Positions 54,817-64,000 of a stretch of 64,000 nt of DNA are shown here, piece after piece. The first letter of the stretch is position 1. Every line of letters starts with the position of its first letter. The notes under the pieces are model-generated. The model did not search any database. It worked only from the letters and a program-made list of their open reading frames with translations, and was not told the origin of the DNA. The position numbers and the translations under genes were made by a program. This stretch comes from a virus. Location: the IMG/VR virus record IMGVR_UViG_3300020158_000335, positions 11,155 through 75,154 of that record; one strand, 5' to 3'.

Positions 54817-56184
54817 TTATCCCCTATACAGGTTTTTGAACGTAGTTACTGTGGCATCAAAGGCCAGCCTTGCAATACCGCAAGCGCCGTTTCTGTGTTT
54901 GGCGATTTCAAGCTCTGCTGTGCCTCTGGTTTCGTCTGTTTTTTTGTACATTTCTTCCCGGTACAGTAGCATCACTACATCTGCGTCCTGTTCCAGCGCC
55001 CCTGATTCCCGCAAGTCCGACAGCATTGGGTGTTTATCGAATCGGGCTTCGAGGTTGCGGTTTAGTTGTGACAAAACCAAAATCGGGATATTAAGCTCCT
55101 TAGCTGTCATTTTTATCGCCCTGGAGACACTTGATACTTCCTCAACGCGGTTGCCATAAGACATTTCGCCTTTCATCAGGCCGATATAGTCAATAACAGC
55201 GAACCTAACCCCCTGTTTTTTAAAAGCTATCCGGAGTTTCCGTCTGAATCCGCTGAAATGTAGGTCTGCGGTATCGTCGATGTAAAGCGGCAGACTGCTG
55301 ATTGACTGGTTTATCCCGGTTAGCGTATCCCAATCACCAGTGGATAACCTGCCTGATTCAAGCCGGCGCGAGTTAATACCAGTCTCACCTGCGATCAAAC
55401 GGGTCATGAGTTGGTTTTTCCCCATTTCCAGCGAAAAGAACGAGACGGGGGTCCCGGATTCCGCCGCGTTTTGGGCAATGTTTAATGCAAGTGCTGTTTT
55501 CCCCATCCCAGGCCGTGCCGCCAGAATGACCATATCCCCAGGTTGAAATCCGGACGTTATGTGATCGATATCCGGGTATCCAGACGTAACCCCGGTTATC
55601 CCGGTGGTCAATGATGCAGCCTCATATCTGTCAATTGCAGATTCAAAGAGGCTCCCGACATGAACGGCATCGTTTCCAGATGTCTCGATTGATCCGACAC
55701 TCAGGATGTTTTGCTGTAGCCTGTCGATAACTGCGGGGGCATCCCCATTGCAGGACATGCACTCTCGAACTCCGGCGTAAGCAATCCCGATTGTCTGTCT
55801 CAAAATTGCCTTTTGCTTGATAATCCCTGCTGTATGTTCGATATTTACGGCCAATGGCACATCAGCGACAAGCCCGGCCAGATACAACGCTGGATTGTCG
55901 ATATTTGTGCCTGTCATGGCGGAGATAAGCTCAGCGTAATCGAGCATCCCTGTTTTCCTGGCATTATGGCTTGTTGCAACTTTTTTCATCGCGGTAAATA
56001 TCCGCCTGTGTTTTTCGAGATAAAAATCGTCTTCGGAGATAAAATCCGTTGCGGTCAGTGTGTCTTCGATGCTTTGAAAACATGCTGAGAGCAGGCTTTC
56101 CTCTGCGATTGTCGCGTTTGGCAAAGTCTCAAGCCCGAATGGCTTTTCAAATTCTGCCTGTGGTTTTGTTGTGTTTCGCTTCAT
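54817..56184 (-). CDS. dnaB: Replicative DNA helicase
   Basis: ARPGMGKT, FSLEM, IDY, LSQLNR, SDLRESGALEQDAD, KHRNG; ATG 56184 has GAGGGG RBS. Confidence 0.95.
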   Translation of the reverse strand: MKRNTTKPQAEFEKPFGLETLPNATIAEESLLSACFQSIEDTLTATDFISEDDFYLEKHRRIFTAMKKVATSHNARKTGMLDYAELISAMTGTNIDNPALYLAGLVADVPLAVNIEHTAGIIKQKAILRQTIGIAYAGVRECMSCNGDAPAVIDRLQQNILSVGSIETSGNDAVHVGSLFESAIDRYEAASLTTGITGVTSGYPDIDHITSGFQPGDMVILAARPGMGKTALALNIAQNAAESGTPVSFFSLEMGKNQLMTRLIAGETGINSRRLESGRLSTGDWDTLTGINQSISSLPLYIDDTADLHFSGFRRKLRIAFKKQGVRFAVIDYIGLMKGEMSYGNRVEEVSSVSRAIKMTAKELNIPILVLSQLNRNLEARFDKHPMLSDLRESGALEQDADVVMLLYREEMYKKTDETRGTAELEIAKHRNGACGIARLAFDATVTTFKNLYRG

Positions 56185-56327
56185 GATTCCCCTCTTGTGG
56201 CATATCGGTGGGTGTGGAAAGCTTTGTCGCAATGCGAACTTTCTTCCAATGTCTCGAATTTCTGCCGGTTTTTCCAGGTAGAGTTCCGCATGGCCCAGCG
56301 TACTGGCTGGAAGTTTGGAGCAATGTT

Positions 56328-56510
56328 CTCTGGCGTTCGGTTTCTGAGGTGCGGTGCCGCCGCCGTATTTAGCCAGCTCATGGCTGGGCGTACGGAGTTA
56401 TTGGCACTAAGGCCCTCTGGCGTTCGGTTTCTGAGGTGCGGTGCCGTACTTATGGCCCAGCCGGTGACTGGGAGTAAGGAGTTGGCACAAGGCCCTCTGG
56501 CGTTCGGTTT
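56328..56510. repeat. Direct repeats at the 3' end of the initiator gene
   Basis: 32-bp ctctggcgttcggtttctgaggtgcggtgccg at 56328 and 56415; 16-bp partial copy at 56495. Confidence 0.85.
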
Positions 56511-57457
56511 TGTCTGCTGTCTGCGTACAGGTCCACGGTTGCATCGACGTATGTGCGTTTTGGCATTACGGCGGTTGGCAATGAGGATGTTGAAACTTGG
56601 TGTTCATCAAGCCAGCATTGGCCATTCAGCCAGGTTGCTGGATTTGGAATAAATCTGCCGCCCTCAAGTTTCCAGGCATCCGCGTTTTTCGCTTGATCAA
56701 TCGCCGCGATAATGACGGCTGCGAGTTGGTCGTCTGGCGCAATCTTTACCCACGCTGTTGCCGCAACTGCTTTGGCAATGCGTTTGGGATAGGCCAGCCA
56801 AAAACGATCAAACAGGATTTGAAGCTTTGTTGTCATTCCTCTCGTTGGCTTGAGTTGTTTTTCGATAACAGGCAATTGCTCAAGGTTTGTGCTTGTGTCT
56901 GTGCTTTGCTTTTCTTTGCTTGAGATTTTTTCACTCTCACTCCCCCTTTTTTCGGAAAGGGGGGTAGGGGGGTTATTACTCTTCTCTACTCTACTCTGTC
57001 GGTTTTCGGTCGTAGGCTGGTCGTAATCTACGGGTGATAACTGGGTTTCTACGGGTAGAAACTCGGTTTCTACCCGTAGAAACGTAAAATGGCTTGGTTT
57101 TTGTGGTATCGGTCTTTTCCGATTTTTATATGCTTCTGATATGTTTTCAATGAAGTTTGGAGACCAAATGACCCTCTTTGACCATAATTCAGGGTCAATT
57201 GCTTTCATTTTACAGAGCAAATTTAGTATCGCTTCGCAATCTACGGTTGATAACCGGGTTTTTGCCTGTAGAAACTCCCAGACGATTTCATCATTCGTAT
57301 CTATGTAATGGCCATCTGTTGATCCGAGTATTTCCAATAACTTAAACCAGAACGCATAACCGTCGTTTCCATGCCGCTGTTCAAGTACATACATCGTACT
57401 TTTATGGATGCAGTAATGTGGAAACCAATCAATTGTCTGTTTTATGGGTCTGGCCAT
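56450..57457 (-). CDS. Phage replication initiator (DUF4373/Lin1244-like N-terminus)
   Basis: MARPIKQTIDWFPH..GYAFWFKLLE; FDRFWLAYPK..IPNPATWLN; upstream of dnaB. Confidence 0.8.
   Translation of the reverse strand: MARPIKQTIDWFPHYCIHKSTMYVLEQRHGNDGYAFWFKLLEILGSTDGHYIDTNDEIVWEFLQAKTRLSTVDCEAILNLLCKMKAIDPELWSKRVIWSPNFIENISEAYKNRKRPIPQKPSHFTFLRVETEFLPVETQLSPVDYDQPTTENRQSRVEKSNNPPTPLSEKRGSESEKISSKEKQSTDTSTNLEQLPVIEKQLKPTRGMTTKLQILFDRFWLAYPKRIAKAVAATAWVKIAPDDQLAAVIIAAIDQAKNADAWKLEGGRFIPNPATWLNGQCWLDEHQVSTSSLPTAVMPKRTYVDATVDLYADSRQNRTPEGLVPTPYSQSPAGP
57024..57083. promoter_or_regulatory. Candidate origin iterons inside the initiator gene
   Basis: Palindromic gtttctac-N2-gtagaaac units at 57045 and 57066, degenerate copy near 57024; 21-bp period. 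Confidence 0.65.
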
Positions 57458-57652
57458 TTATTCCTCAGTCACATTAATGAATGGTAGGTATCGCATCCAG
57501 GTTGTTTTGAAGACGATTAATATTCCGGTTTAATGCCGCAATCACGTCAGCTTTACCTTGATGGTCAGATTCAGGATAATTGCTGTCGATATTCAAAAGG
57601 TGCCTCTTAAGTCCATTGATCCGGTCATGATCTGTGAAAAATATAATTTGCT

Positions 57653-58057
57653 TCATTCCTCAATCCTCTTCCTGATGTCAAAAAAGCCTCTCAGCTCAAC
57701 TTCTGTCTCCATCACCAGCCTCGCGTAGATTGATGTGAAGATGTTATTGAGCCTGTAGCGCTCGCCTTGCGTTTGCATCGTGTACTGCCAGCGCAAGTAT
57801 TCAAACACACCTTTCATGCCGAATTTATGGACGCCAGACTGCTTCATGCGTTTGCTGATATCGACAATCAGATGATAAACGTGGGGGTTCCTTTGGTGGA
57901 ACCGATTAAACTTTGCTGTAATGGATTCTTTCTTGCGGAGGGTACCAGTCAGACCGAATTCCCCATCATCAGTGATCGGCTGGATGATGGGCATCGTGAA
58001 GGAAAATGTCTTCTGTGAAAACATTGATGTTGGTGTGACTGGTATGTTTTTTGTCAT
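57653..58057 (-). CDS. Hypothetical phage protein
   Basis: FHQRNPHVY..FEYLRW..RLNN..YARL. Confidence 0.65.
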   Translation of the reverse strand: MTKNIPVTPTSMFSQKTFSFTMPIIQPITDDGEFGLTGTLRKKESITAKFNRFHQRNPHVYHLIVDISKRMKQSGVHKFGMKGVFEYLRWQYTMQTQGERYRLNNIFTSIYARLVMETEVELRGFFDIRKRIEE

Positions 58058-58323
58058 ACTACGGTATCACCAAATGGTGATTGCTGCTTTTTGTATTGAT
58101 TGATAGAATCTATCACGTTGATCAATATTGGGTTTTTTTCAAATACGGGCATGCCGAGCAGTAAGCAGGCCCGGACCATTTGAGACATGTTTATATCCAT
58201 TTTGTTTGCGACGTAGCCGAGGTGGTCGGCCAGTTCGTTTGGCATTTTAAAGCTGATTTGACGATCTGCTGATGCCATTGCTTGAGTTCCTTTCTCTATG
58301 TTTGTTAAAAATGGGCAATCCAT
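58054..58323 (-). CDS. Ribbon-helix-helix protein
   Basis: QISFKMPNELADHL..SQMVR. Confidence 0.6.
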   Translation of the reverse strand: MDCPFLTNIEKGTQAMASADRQISFKMPNELADHLGYVANKMDINMSQMVRACLLLGMPVFEKNPILINVIDSINQYKKQQSPFGDTVV

Positions 58324-58793
58324 AATTTCCTTTCGCCCTCCTGTTTCGGGCACAGGAGCATCCCTACGATTATCCAGTGTTTGACTGGATAATCGTGGTT
58401 GTCAAAGCCGTCTATAAGTGTTATTTGGGTCAATTTGGTTCTTTTTATTCCGCCGAATTTGTTTCGGCAGATGGATTTAAATCATGGAAAATCGAATAAC
58501 ATGAAAATTCTTTTTGAATATTGCCACGGACTGACAGTCATTCTCGCTCTTTTAACCAGACTGTTAATTCAATCAAAAATTGTTTCGCACGATGAAGTTT
58601 CGCAGGTGATTCAAGAAACCTTAAAAAAGATTGATACCAAACCAGAAGCGCCGAATGGAGAGGTAAATGCTCTGAAGACGTTTCTGAAGTTAATCTCCAA
58701 TTAATCGTGGATAAAGCATCAATCGCTATGCGATCAAGCCTGTCCATTTCAGTTTGGAATAAGGATTCACAAGATGTCATACGGCGGCCTCTG

Positions 58794-59165
58794 ATGGATG
58801 AAAATAAATTAACCGAGCTTCTTTCCAGAGTCGATATTCTCGAAGTAAAACTGGCTGAGGCCAATGAGAGAATATCTAAGCTGGAGCGCTGCCCACGACA
58901 CGTTACGGCAGAAAGTAATCGCCCAACCCAAAACCGATTGAATGGATTTAAACCGGATGAGATTAAGGAGTTTCATGGGGCACTTTTCCACAGGAAACAT
59001 GGGCGGTACGAAAACACGGTGTTCTGTGAAACTTGTAAGGTCCCACTTGAGAATCTTGGGAATAATCATCTTTTTAAATGTCCCGTTTGTAGAAAGAATG
59101 TTGAGTTCACACCGAATGAATTACCAGATTTCATAAAAGCCTTAAATTCAGGAAAGGCCGGATAA
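58794..59165 (+). CDS. Hypothetical coiled-coil plus Zn-ribbon protein
   Basis: FCETCK..FKCPVCR; start approximate. Confidence 0.55.
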   Translation: MDENKLTELLSRVDILEVKLAEANERISKLERCPRHVTAESNRPTQNRLNGFKPDEIKEFHGALFHRKHGRYENTVFCETCKVPLENLGNNHLFKCPVCRKNVEFTPNELPDFIKALNSGKAG

Positions 59166-59227
59166 TATGCAAAGTGTTTATGAAACTTCCGTCATTGCGC
59201 CGCCCATGTCCGAGTGGGATTGAGACC

Positions 59228-59635
59228 ATGATTGATCCGTATGAAATTGATCGTCAGTTCCGAGCTGAATATCGTCGCAGCCGATTGTTGTTGTCTGAAA
59301 AGCTTCTGCCCCGTCTGAGGGGATTGAGACTTTCGGTACAAAAAGGTCATACATCAGATCAAGCACTTGACCATGTGTTAATGACATCGACTTGGATATT
59401 TTTGCTATCATCAATGATTGCAGGTATTGGCGTGCTGCTTCTGGACTTAATGTCCGAGAAGGACACGATTGTTTATATAGAGGAATGTAGCACCATGGCG
59501 CGTTCAACCAGCGCCACGGAGCACCTAAAAGTCCCCAGATTCTATGCAATATGGATTTATGTAATGATTTTTTCATTTGCGTCTGGGGTAGTGTCTCTGA
59601 CATGGTTTAGCGCCCTGAATGTGTTGAATCGTTAA
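59228..59635 (+). CDS. Hypothetical membrane protein
   Basis: Two hydrophobic segments; start uncertain. Confidence 0.4.
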   Translation: MIDPYEIDRQFRAEYRRSRLLLSEKLLPRLRGLRLSVQKGHTSDQALDHVLMTSTWIFLLSSMIAGIGVLLLDLMSEKDTIVYIEECSTMARSTSATEHLKVPRFYAIWIYVMIFSFASGVVSLTWFSALNVLNR

Positions 59636-59641
59636 CAAATA

Positions 59642-59974
59642 TTAAGCTTGAGTTTCTGAACTGGGTAAAACATCCTGAACCCGAAAAACCATAAGCTGCA
59701 TTTTGTCCATCACGATACCGAGTGCTTGAGTTATCGTTCCGACGTTCGGGTTCTTCTTATCAAGCAGGTTTAAAATATCTGATGCCAGGATGTCGGCGTC
59801 AGCACACATTTGCTCGGTGGCTTCTTTGATTCTGTGGTTCGATTCTTTGAGCATGATGATTCCTTGAGGTGTACCTGTTAATTTTATGATTACGCACATA
59901 TTGTACATAATGCCAACAATCGGAAATAACGAGATAATGCCGAAGACATACAAGACAACTTCCGTTTCCGTCAT
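59642..59974 (-). CDS. Hypothetical protein with N-terminal TM helix
   Basis: ATGA overlap with the cro-like gene. Confidence 0.5.
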   Translation of the reverse strand: MTETEVVLYVFGIISLFPIVGIMYNMCVIIKLTGTPQGIIMLKESNHRIKEATEQMCADADILASDILNLLDKKNPNVGTITQALGIVMDKMQLMVFRVQDVLPSSETQA

Positions 59975-60204
59975 TGCGCCACCTTCGCCCCGTCCGAGGG
60001 GGTCGAGACGTACAGTTCGGGGAAAAGCATCATATCCCTGGTAACCTGCCCACCAGTTGCTTGTTCAATACGTAGGGCGAGGTCGGGGGATGGACGGCGC
60101 AAACGAACTACGAGCAAATTTACGTAATTCTTTGTCGTTCCTATGTCGTGAGCAAAAGATTCACGACTTTTACCTTTTAAATATTTTTTAAGAGTTTCAG
60201 ACAT
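59971..60204 (-). CDS. Cro-like HTH protein
   Basis: FAHDIGTTKNYV..RRPSPDLALRIEQATGGQVT. Confidence 0.85.
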   Translation of the reverse strand: MSETLKKYLKGKSRESFAHDIGTTKNYVNLLVVRLRRPSPDLALRIEQATGGQVTRDMMLFPELYVSTPSDGAKVAQ

Positions 60205-60254
60205 GATTAAGTTAATCACATAGATGAAATGAAGTCAAGAGGAAATTATCCTAT

Positions 60255-60758
60255 ATGAGAAACCCAACAGTATCAGAAGTTATACGGATCAATTTGCTCA
60301 GGATTAAAGCAGAACGAGAGTTGAAAAATATCGACTTAGCTGAAATGCTAAACGTCTCTCCGTCATATATTACGAATATTTTAAAAGGGACTGGTAGCAC
60401 GAAACGAGGGATCGGGCAGATAACTCTTGATAAATTATGCAAAGGGTTAAATATAAATCAATCTGAATTTTATAAAGGGATATACGGAGACGAACAAACA
60501 GATTCCATTGTCACTCCACCACCAGGCATCGCTTCCCAGGAAGATGAACGACAGGATAACACAACTGATGATTGGTCTCTCATTGGCATTGTAAATTACA
60601 TAGACGCACATGGAACTGCCACTCAATATAAAAAACTCCACGAATTTGCCATATCAATAAAGCGCGAAATCGAAGACGGAAAAAACGAAATCGAGTCCAA
60701 AAAAAAACAGTTGTCTCAGCAGCCTCAGATGGACAAAGTATTACCACGGGCAGCATAG
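60255..60758 (+). CDS. CI-like XRE repressor lacking a peptidase domain
   Basis: DLAEMLNVSPSYITNILKG HTH; divergent from cro. Confidence 0.75.
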   Translation: MRNPTVSEVIRINLLRIKAERELKNIDLAEMLNVSPSYITNILKGTGSTKRGIGQITLDKLCKGLNINQSEFYKGIYGDEQTDSIVTPPPGIASQEDERQDNTTDDWSLIGIVNYIDAHGTATQYKKLHEFAISIKREIEDGKNEIESKKKQLSQQPQMDKVLPRAA

Positions 60759-61041
60759 ATGCCCATCCTCACTTAAGGCTGGTATCCAATTTGTATGACT
60801 TAAGTAATACGATTGAAAAAAATTTGGAGTTAATGGCAGAGATGAAAGGCCGGGTTTTAAAATCGCGGGAATTAACGTTTGATCTAAACAGGATCAGAAC
60901 GGATATATACCTGGTAAGAAATCAAGCGAACGGAAAAATTGGGGGGGGGGGGTAAATAACTGTTTTAGTTAGAGATAATCGTCAAATATTCGTAAAGTGT
61001 TCTTAATTGCTGGAATATAATCAGACCCGGAGATAATCATA

Positions 61042-61260
61042 ATGAAAATGAAAGTTCACGAAACCGTAGTGAATATGACCAGAATGGACGAAGATTTCAT
61101 GTCCCTCGAAGATTTTATTCAACTACCGAACGAACAGCGCAGGGACATAGCCAAAGCGACCCCGTTTGTGAGACGTTTAGGGAGTATTGGTATTGATAAT
61201 CCAGATTTCGTTTCGATGATAGTAAAATGGAAAACTCCCAGATATAGAGTGAGACTTTGA
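61042..61260 (+). CDS. Hypothetical protein
   Basis: GGAG RBS; 72 aa. Confidence 0.55.
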   Translation: MKMKVHETVVNMTRMDEDFMSLEDFIQLPNEQRRDIAKATPFVRRLGSIGIDNPDFVSMIVKWKTPRYRVRL

Positions 61261-61314
61261 TGGATAAAAATGCTGAAACTGAACCGGGATGTTTTGTCGA
61301 AAGGAAAATATTTT

Positions 61315-61752
61315 ATGCTTTCATGTCATGATATTGCTAAATACTTCTTGGCGCTGACAGACGAAGATGCAGGAGATTTGATATCGAATCTGAAACTGCA
61401 AAAATTGGTTTATTATGCACAAGGCTTTCATCTGGCGTTGTTTAATACCCCGATGTTTAATGAGCCAATAGAAGCGTGGACACATGGGCCGGTTGTCCCA
61501 GTTCTTTATCATGAGTATAAAGATTGTGGATCAGGCCCAATACCATCACCGAACGATATGGACTTTAGCGTGTACTCTGAAGATGCAAAGGAATTGCTTA
61601 ATGAGGTATATTCGGTATTCGGTCAGTTTTCAGCATGGAAATTGAGGAATATGACACATCAAGAACCACCCTGGGTTGACGTATCAGGACAAGCCGGTGT
61701 TATCTCGCATGAATCAATGAAGGAATACTTTATCACACAGGTAACGAAATAA
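61315..61752 (+). CDS. Panacea (DUF4065/SocA-like) antitoxin
   Basis: ISNLKLQKLVYYAQG..EAWTHGPVV..LRNMTHQEPPW. Confidence 0.9.
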   Translation: MLSCHDIAKYFLALTDEDAGDLISNLKLQKLVYYAQGFHLALFNTPMFNEPIEAWTHGPVVPVLYHEYKDCGSGPIPSPNDMDFSVYSEDAKELLNEVYSVFGQFSAWKLRNMTHQEPPWVDVSGQAGVISHESMKEYFITQVTK

Positions 61753-62165
61753 TGGGCAAGAAAGGGCTAAAGGCATTTGATAATAAAGGCCAGCGGTTTT
61801 CAGCCAGGCCCACGGCACATGAATCTACTGAGCAACAACCGCCATATTTCTCACTTCGATATGTTGCCAGCCAATATTGTATTTCTGACTGCCAGTTGCA
61901 AGACCGGGCAGCTTTCACAGATACCATCCGTAAACTGAGCCAGCTTACATGGATGGAAATAAAACAGCAGTCAAGACACACTTTGGGTTATGAAAAGATT
62001 CCGAGAACCAGCATAAAAGCCGGTATTCCAAATCATATCAAAGATGATGTTCAATTTGTTGCATTTCGGTTCAGTGGGCTAAAACCGATGGTTGGATATC
62101 GAGACGGGGCAGTTTTCCACATCATTTGGTTTGATAATAAATTCACACTTTATCGCCACTCATGA
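61752..62165 (+). CDS. Putative toxin paired with the Panacea antitoxin
   Basis: TAATG coupling; FSLRY..GYEKIP..FRF..MVGYR..FHIIWFD..LYRH resembles an RNase-type fold. Confidence 0.65.
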   Translation: MGKKGLKAFDNKGQRFSARPTAHESTEQQPPYFSLRYVASQYCISDCQLQDRAAFTDTIRKLSQLTWMEIKQQSRHTLGYEKIPRTSIKAGIPNHIKDDVQFVAFRFSGLKPMVGYRDGAVFHIIWFDNKFTLYRHS

Positions 62166-62310
62166 TCATAGACAATGGTTACTTGCAAAGGGGTTCCATT
62201 GGTTTTGACTATAATCAATCTTCCGGTATGCGCGGCGGTTGTGCTTTCGGGCGGTGGTGTGATGGGAAATAACAGAAAGGGTAAATTAAATGGAAAAATG
62301 CGGGATAACC

Positions 62311-62475
62311 ATGAACGTAAAGCTTCCGATTGAGATGTTGAAACGGGAGCGATGGTATGTGGCGTCTTGTCCTGCCCTGGATGTTGCTTCACAGGGAGAA
62401 ACGATAAAAAAAGCCAAGGATAACTTGAGCGAAGCGGTCTCGTTGTTTCTGCAATATGTTAAGCAACCTAAATAG
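62311..62475 (+). pseudogene. Short HicB-like fragment without hicA
   Basis: YVASCPALDVASQGETIKKAKDNLSEAV then an early stop. Confidence 0.6.
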
Positions 62476-62685
62476 ACTTGAAGGCGGCTGTGCTTTCGGG
62501 TGGTGGTTAATGGATGACAAAAAACTGTATGTATGCTAAAAACAACTAAAGTCCAAACTCGTACTTGGTTTACTGATGGCTGAAAATCAAGGAGATGTAC
62601 AATCAAAAACGTTGATAAGCAGTCTTTGTTAGGATGTATTCATCTATGGGATTGCACCAATTAACATGGGGGAAGCAGGTTACAA

Positions 62686-63705
62686 ATGAAATACATGGTT
62701 TGGAACAACAAAGGCGGTGTTGGCAAAACTTTCATAACATTTATCCTTGCGTCTGAATATGCAATCGCTCATCCAGATGAAGATATTGTTGTTGCTGATT
62801 TGTGTCCTCAAGCGAATGTTTCAGAAATGCTATTGGGTGGAAATGGTGCAGGTGAAAAAAATTTACAAATCTGTTATGACAACCAAAGAACAATTGCCAG
62901 TTATATAAAAGCCAGATATGACAAATCTCGTTTTGGCAATTTAGGGGATGAAACAAGCTATTTCGTTAAAGTTTCTGATTACAATAATAAAATGCCAGAC
63001 AATATATATCTTCTTCCGGGTGATATGGATTTAGATATATGCTCAACAATCATAAATTATTTAGCACAAGCTCCTGAAAAAATGGCGTGGGTAAAGAGTA
63101 GAAAATTTCTATATGACTTAATCACTCCTTTCATTGGTAGCAAAAAAAACAGAAAAAAAGTTTATTTTTTTGATTGCAATCCGAGTTTTGCTAACTACAC
63201 AGAAATGGCTGTCATTGCATCGGAAAGGATTATTGTTCCTTGTACTGCTGATGCGGCGTCTATAAGAGGAATCCATAACCTATTCAGAATGATCTATGGG
63301 ATAAAAATTGGTCAAGAAATTCCTGACGATGCAATATTTGATACTTTTAGTTCAAAAATAAAAGAAGCTGGGATAAATCCTCCAAAAGTTCACTTATTCA
63401 TTCAAAATAAGTCAAGAGTGTTGGATACTCATGCGACTAAAGCATTTAACGCCCATATAGAAGAAATACGGGATATCGTAAAAGGATTAAAAAAGGATTA
63501 TCCCGAGCATTTCACTGAAAACGATGATGTCGTTTTAAATGTTAAAGATGGAAATACCTTAACAGCAGTTATGAATCATACAGGACTTCCTTTATCTAAA
63601 GTCCAACCTAAAACCTATTCTATCTATGGCAAAAGGACGCAAGCAAATCAATCGCAAATAAAACCACTTTTAGATGATATTAAAAATTGTCTAATTACAC
63701 TTTAA
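62686..63705 (+). CDS. ParA-family ATPase
   Basis: NNKGGVGKT, DLCPQAN, FDCNPS; low GC; no parB seen. Confidence 0.85.
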   Translation: MKYMVWNNKGGVGKTFITFILASEYAIAHPDEDIVVADLCPQANVSEMLLGGNGAGEKNLQICYDNQRTIASYIKARYDKSRFGNLGDETSYFVKVSDYNNKMPDNIYLLPGDMDLDICSTIINYLAQAPEKMAWVKSRKFLYDLITPFIGSKKNRKKVYFFDCNPSFANYTEMAVIASERIIVPCTADAASIRGIHNLFRMIYGIKIGQEIPDDAIFDTFSSKIKEAGINPPKVHLFIQNKSRVLDTHATKAFNAHIEEIRDIVKGLKKDYPEHFTENDDVVLNVKDGNTLTAVMNHTGLPLSKVQPKTYSIYGKRTQANQSQIKPLLDDIKNCLITL

Positions 63706-64000
63706 AATCACCAACGATTATTCAATCCGATTAGAACGAGAACGAGAACGCGATGGCGGTGGATGTGGTATGGACGCAAGAATAGCAAAACTCGAAGCTT
63801 CTGTGACCCATATTGAAAGTGATATTTCAATGATATGGACAGCGATAACTGGGATACTGGAACGAATTCATTCAAAACTTAAACGTACCTTTCTGACATC
63901 AAAATATCTGGTCAGAATCAGCCGGGTAAAGAAGATCGTGGAATATTGGGGTTTGGAATCAATTTACCAAACCAGACAAGAAATGAACCGAAGCACAGAT

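Larger units (their letters stand above)
1..60758 (-). mobile_element. P1-like myovirus/prophage (partial, continues past the left edge)
   Basis: Capsid, sheath, baseplate, terminase and hdf/darA-like genes in P1-like blocks, plus replication and immunity genes; ends not visible. Confidence 0.9.

Noticed and set aside
56328-56510. 32-bp repeats as a mini CRISPR array
   Set aside because: Only two full copies, the intervening sequences resemble each other, and no cas genes are present
62686-63705. ParA as proof of a plasmid prophage
   Set aside because: No parB, parS or plasmid repA in view; low GC suggests separate cargo or host flank

Overview
The window is most of a large P1-like (Punavirus-type) myovirus or prophage, read almost entirely on the minus strand. 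From right to left: a parA-like gene and toxin-antitoxin genes; a divergent cI/cro-like switch; a lambdoid-style replication block (initiator with internal iterons, DnaB, SSB, RusA); small and intein-containing large terminase; baseplate, tail and capsid genes; tail fibres; and a P1-type hdf-darA-ddrA antirestriction operon followed by two very large polyvalent proteins. A complete diversity-generating retroelement (target with VR, TR, RT, small downstream ORF, no avd) sits in the tail-fibre region. The most unusual signal is in the polyvalent genes. Three likely toxic domains (RelA/SpoT-like, LPD3-like, PBECR-like RNase) are each followed by an antisense sigma70-type promoter written into the in-frame linker. 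One promoter precedes a nested 77-aa gene with a strong RBS; the other two precede short RNAs closed by terminal stems. This looks like antitoxins or silencers embedded antisense within virion-delivered effector polyproteins. All family assignments come from motif recognition by eye; no searches were run.
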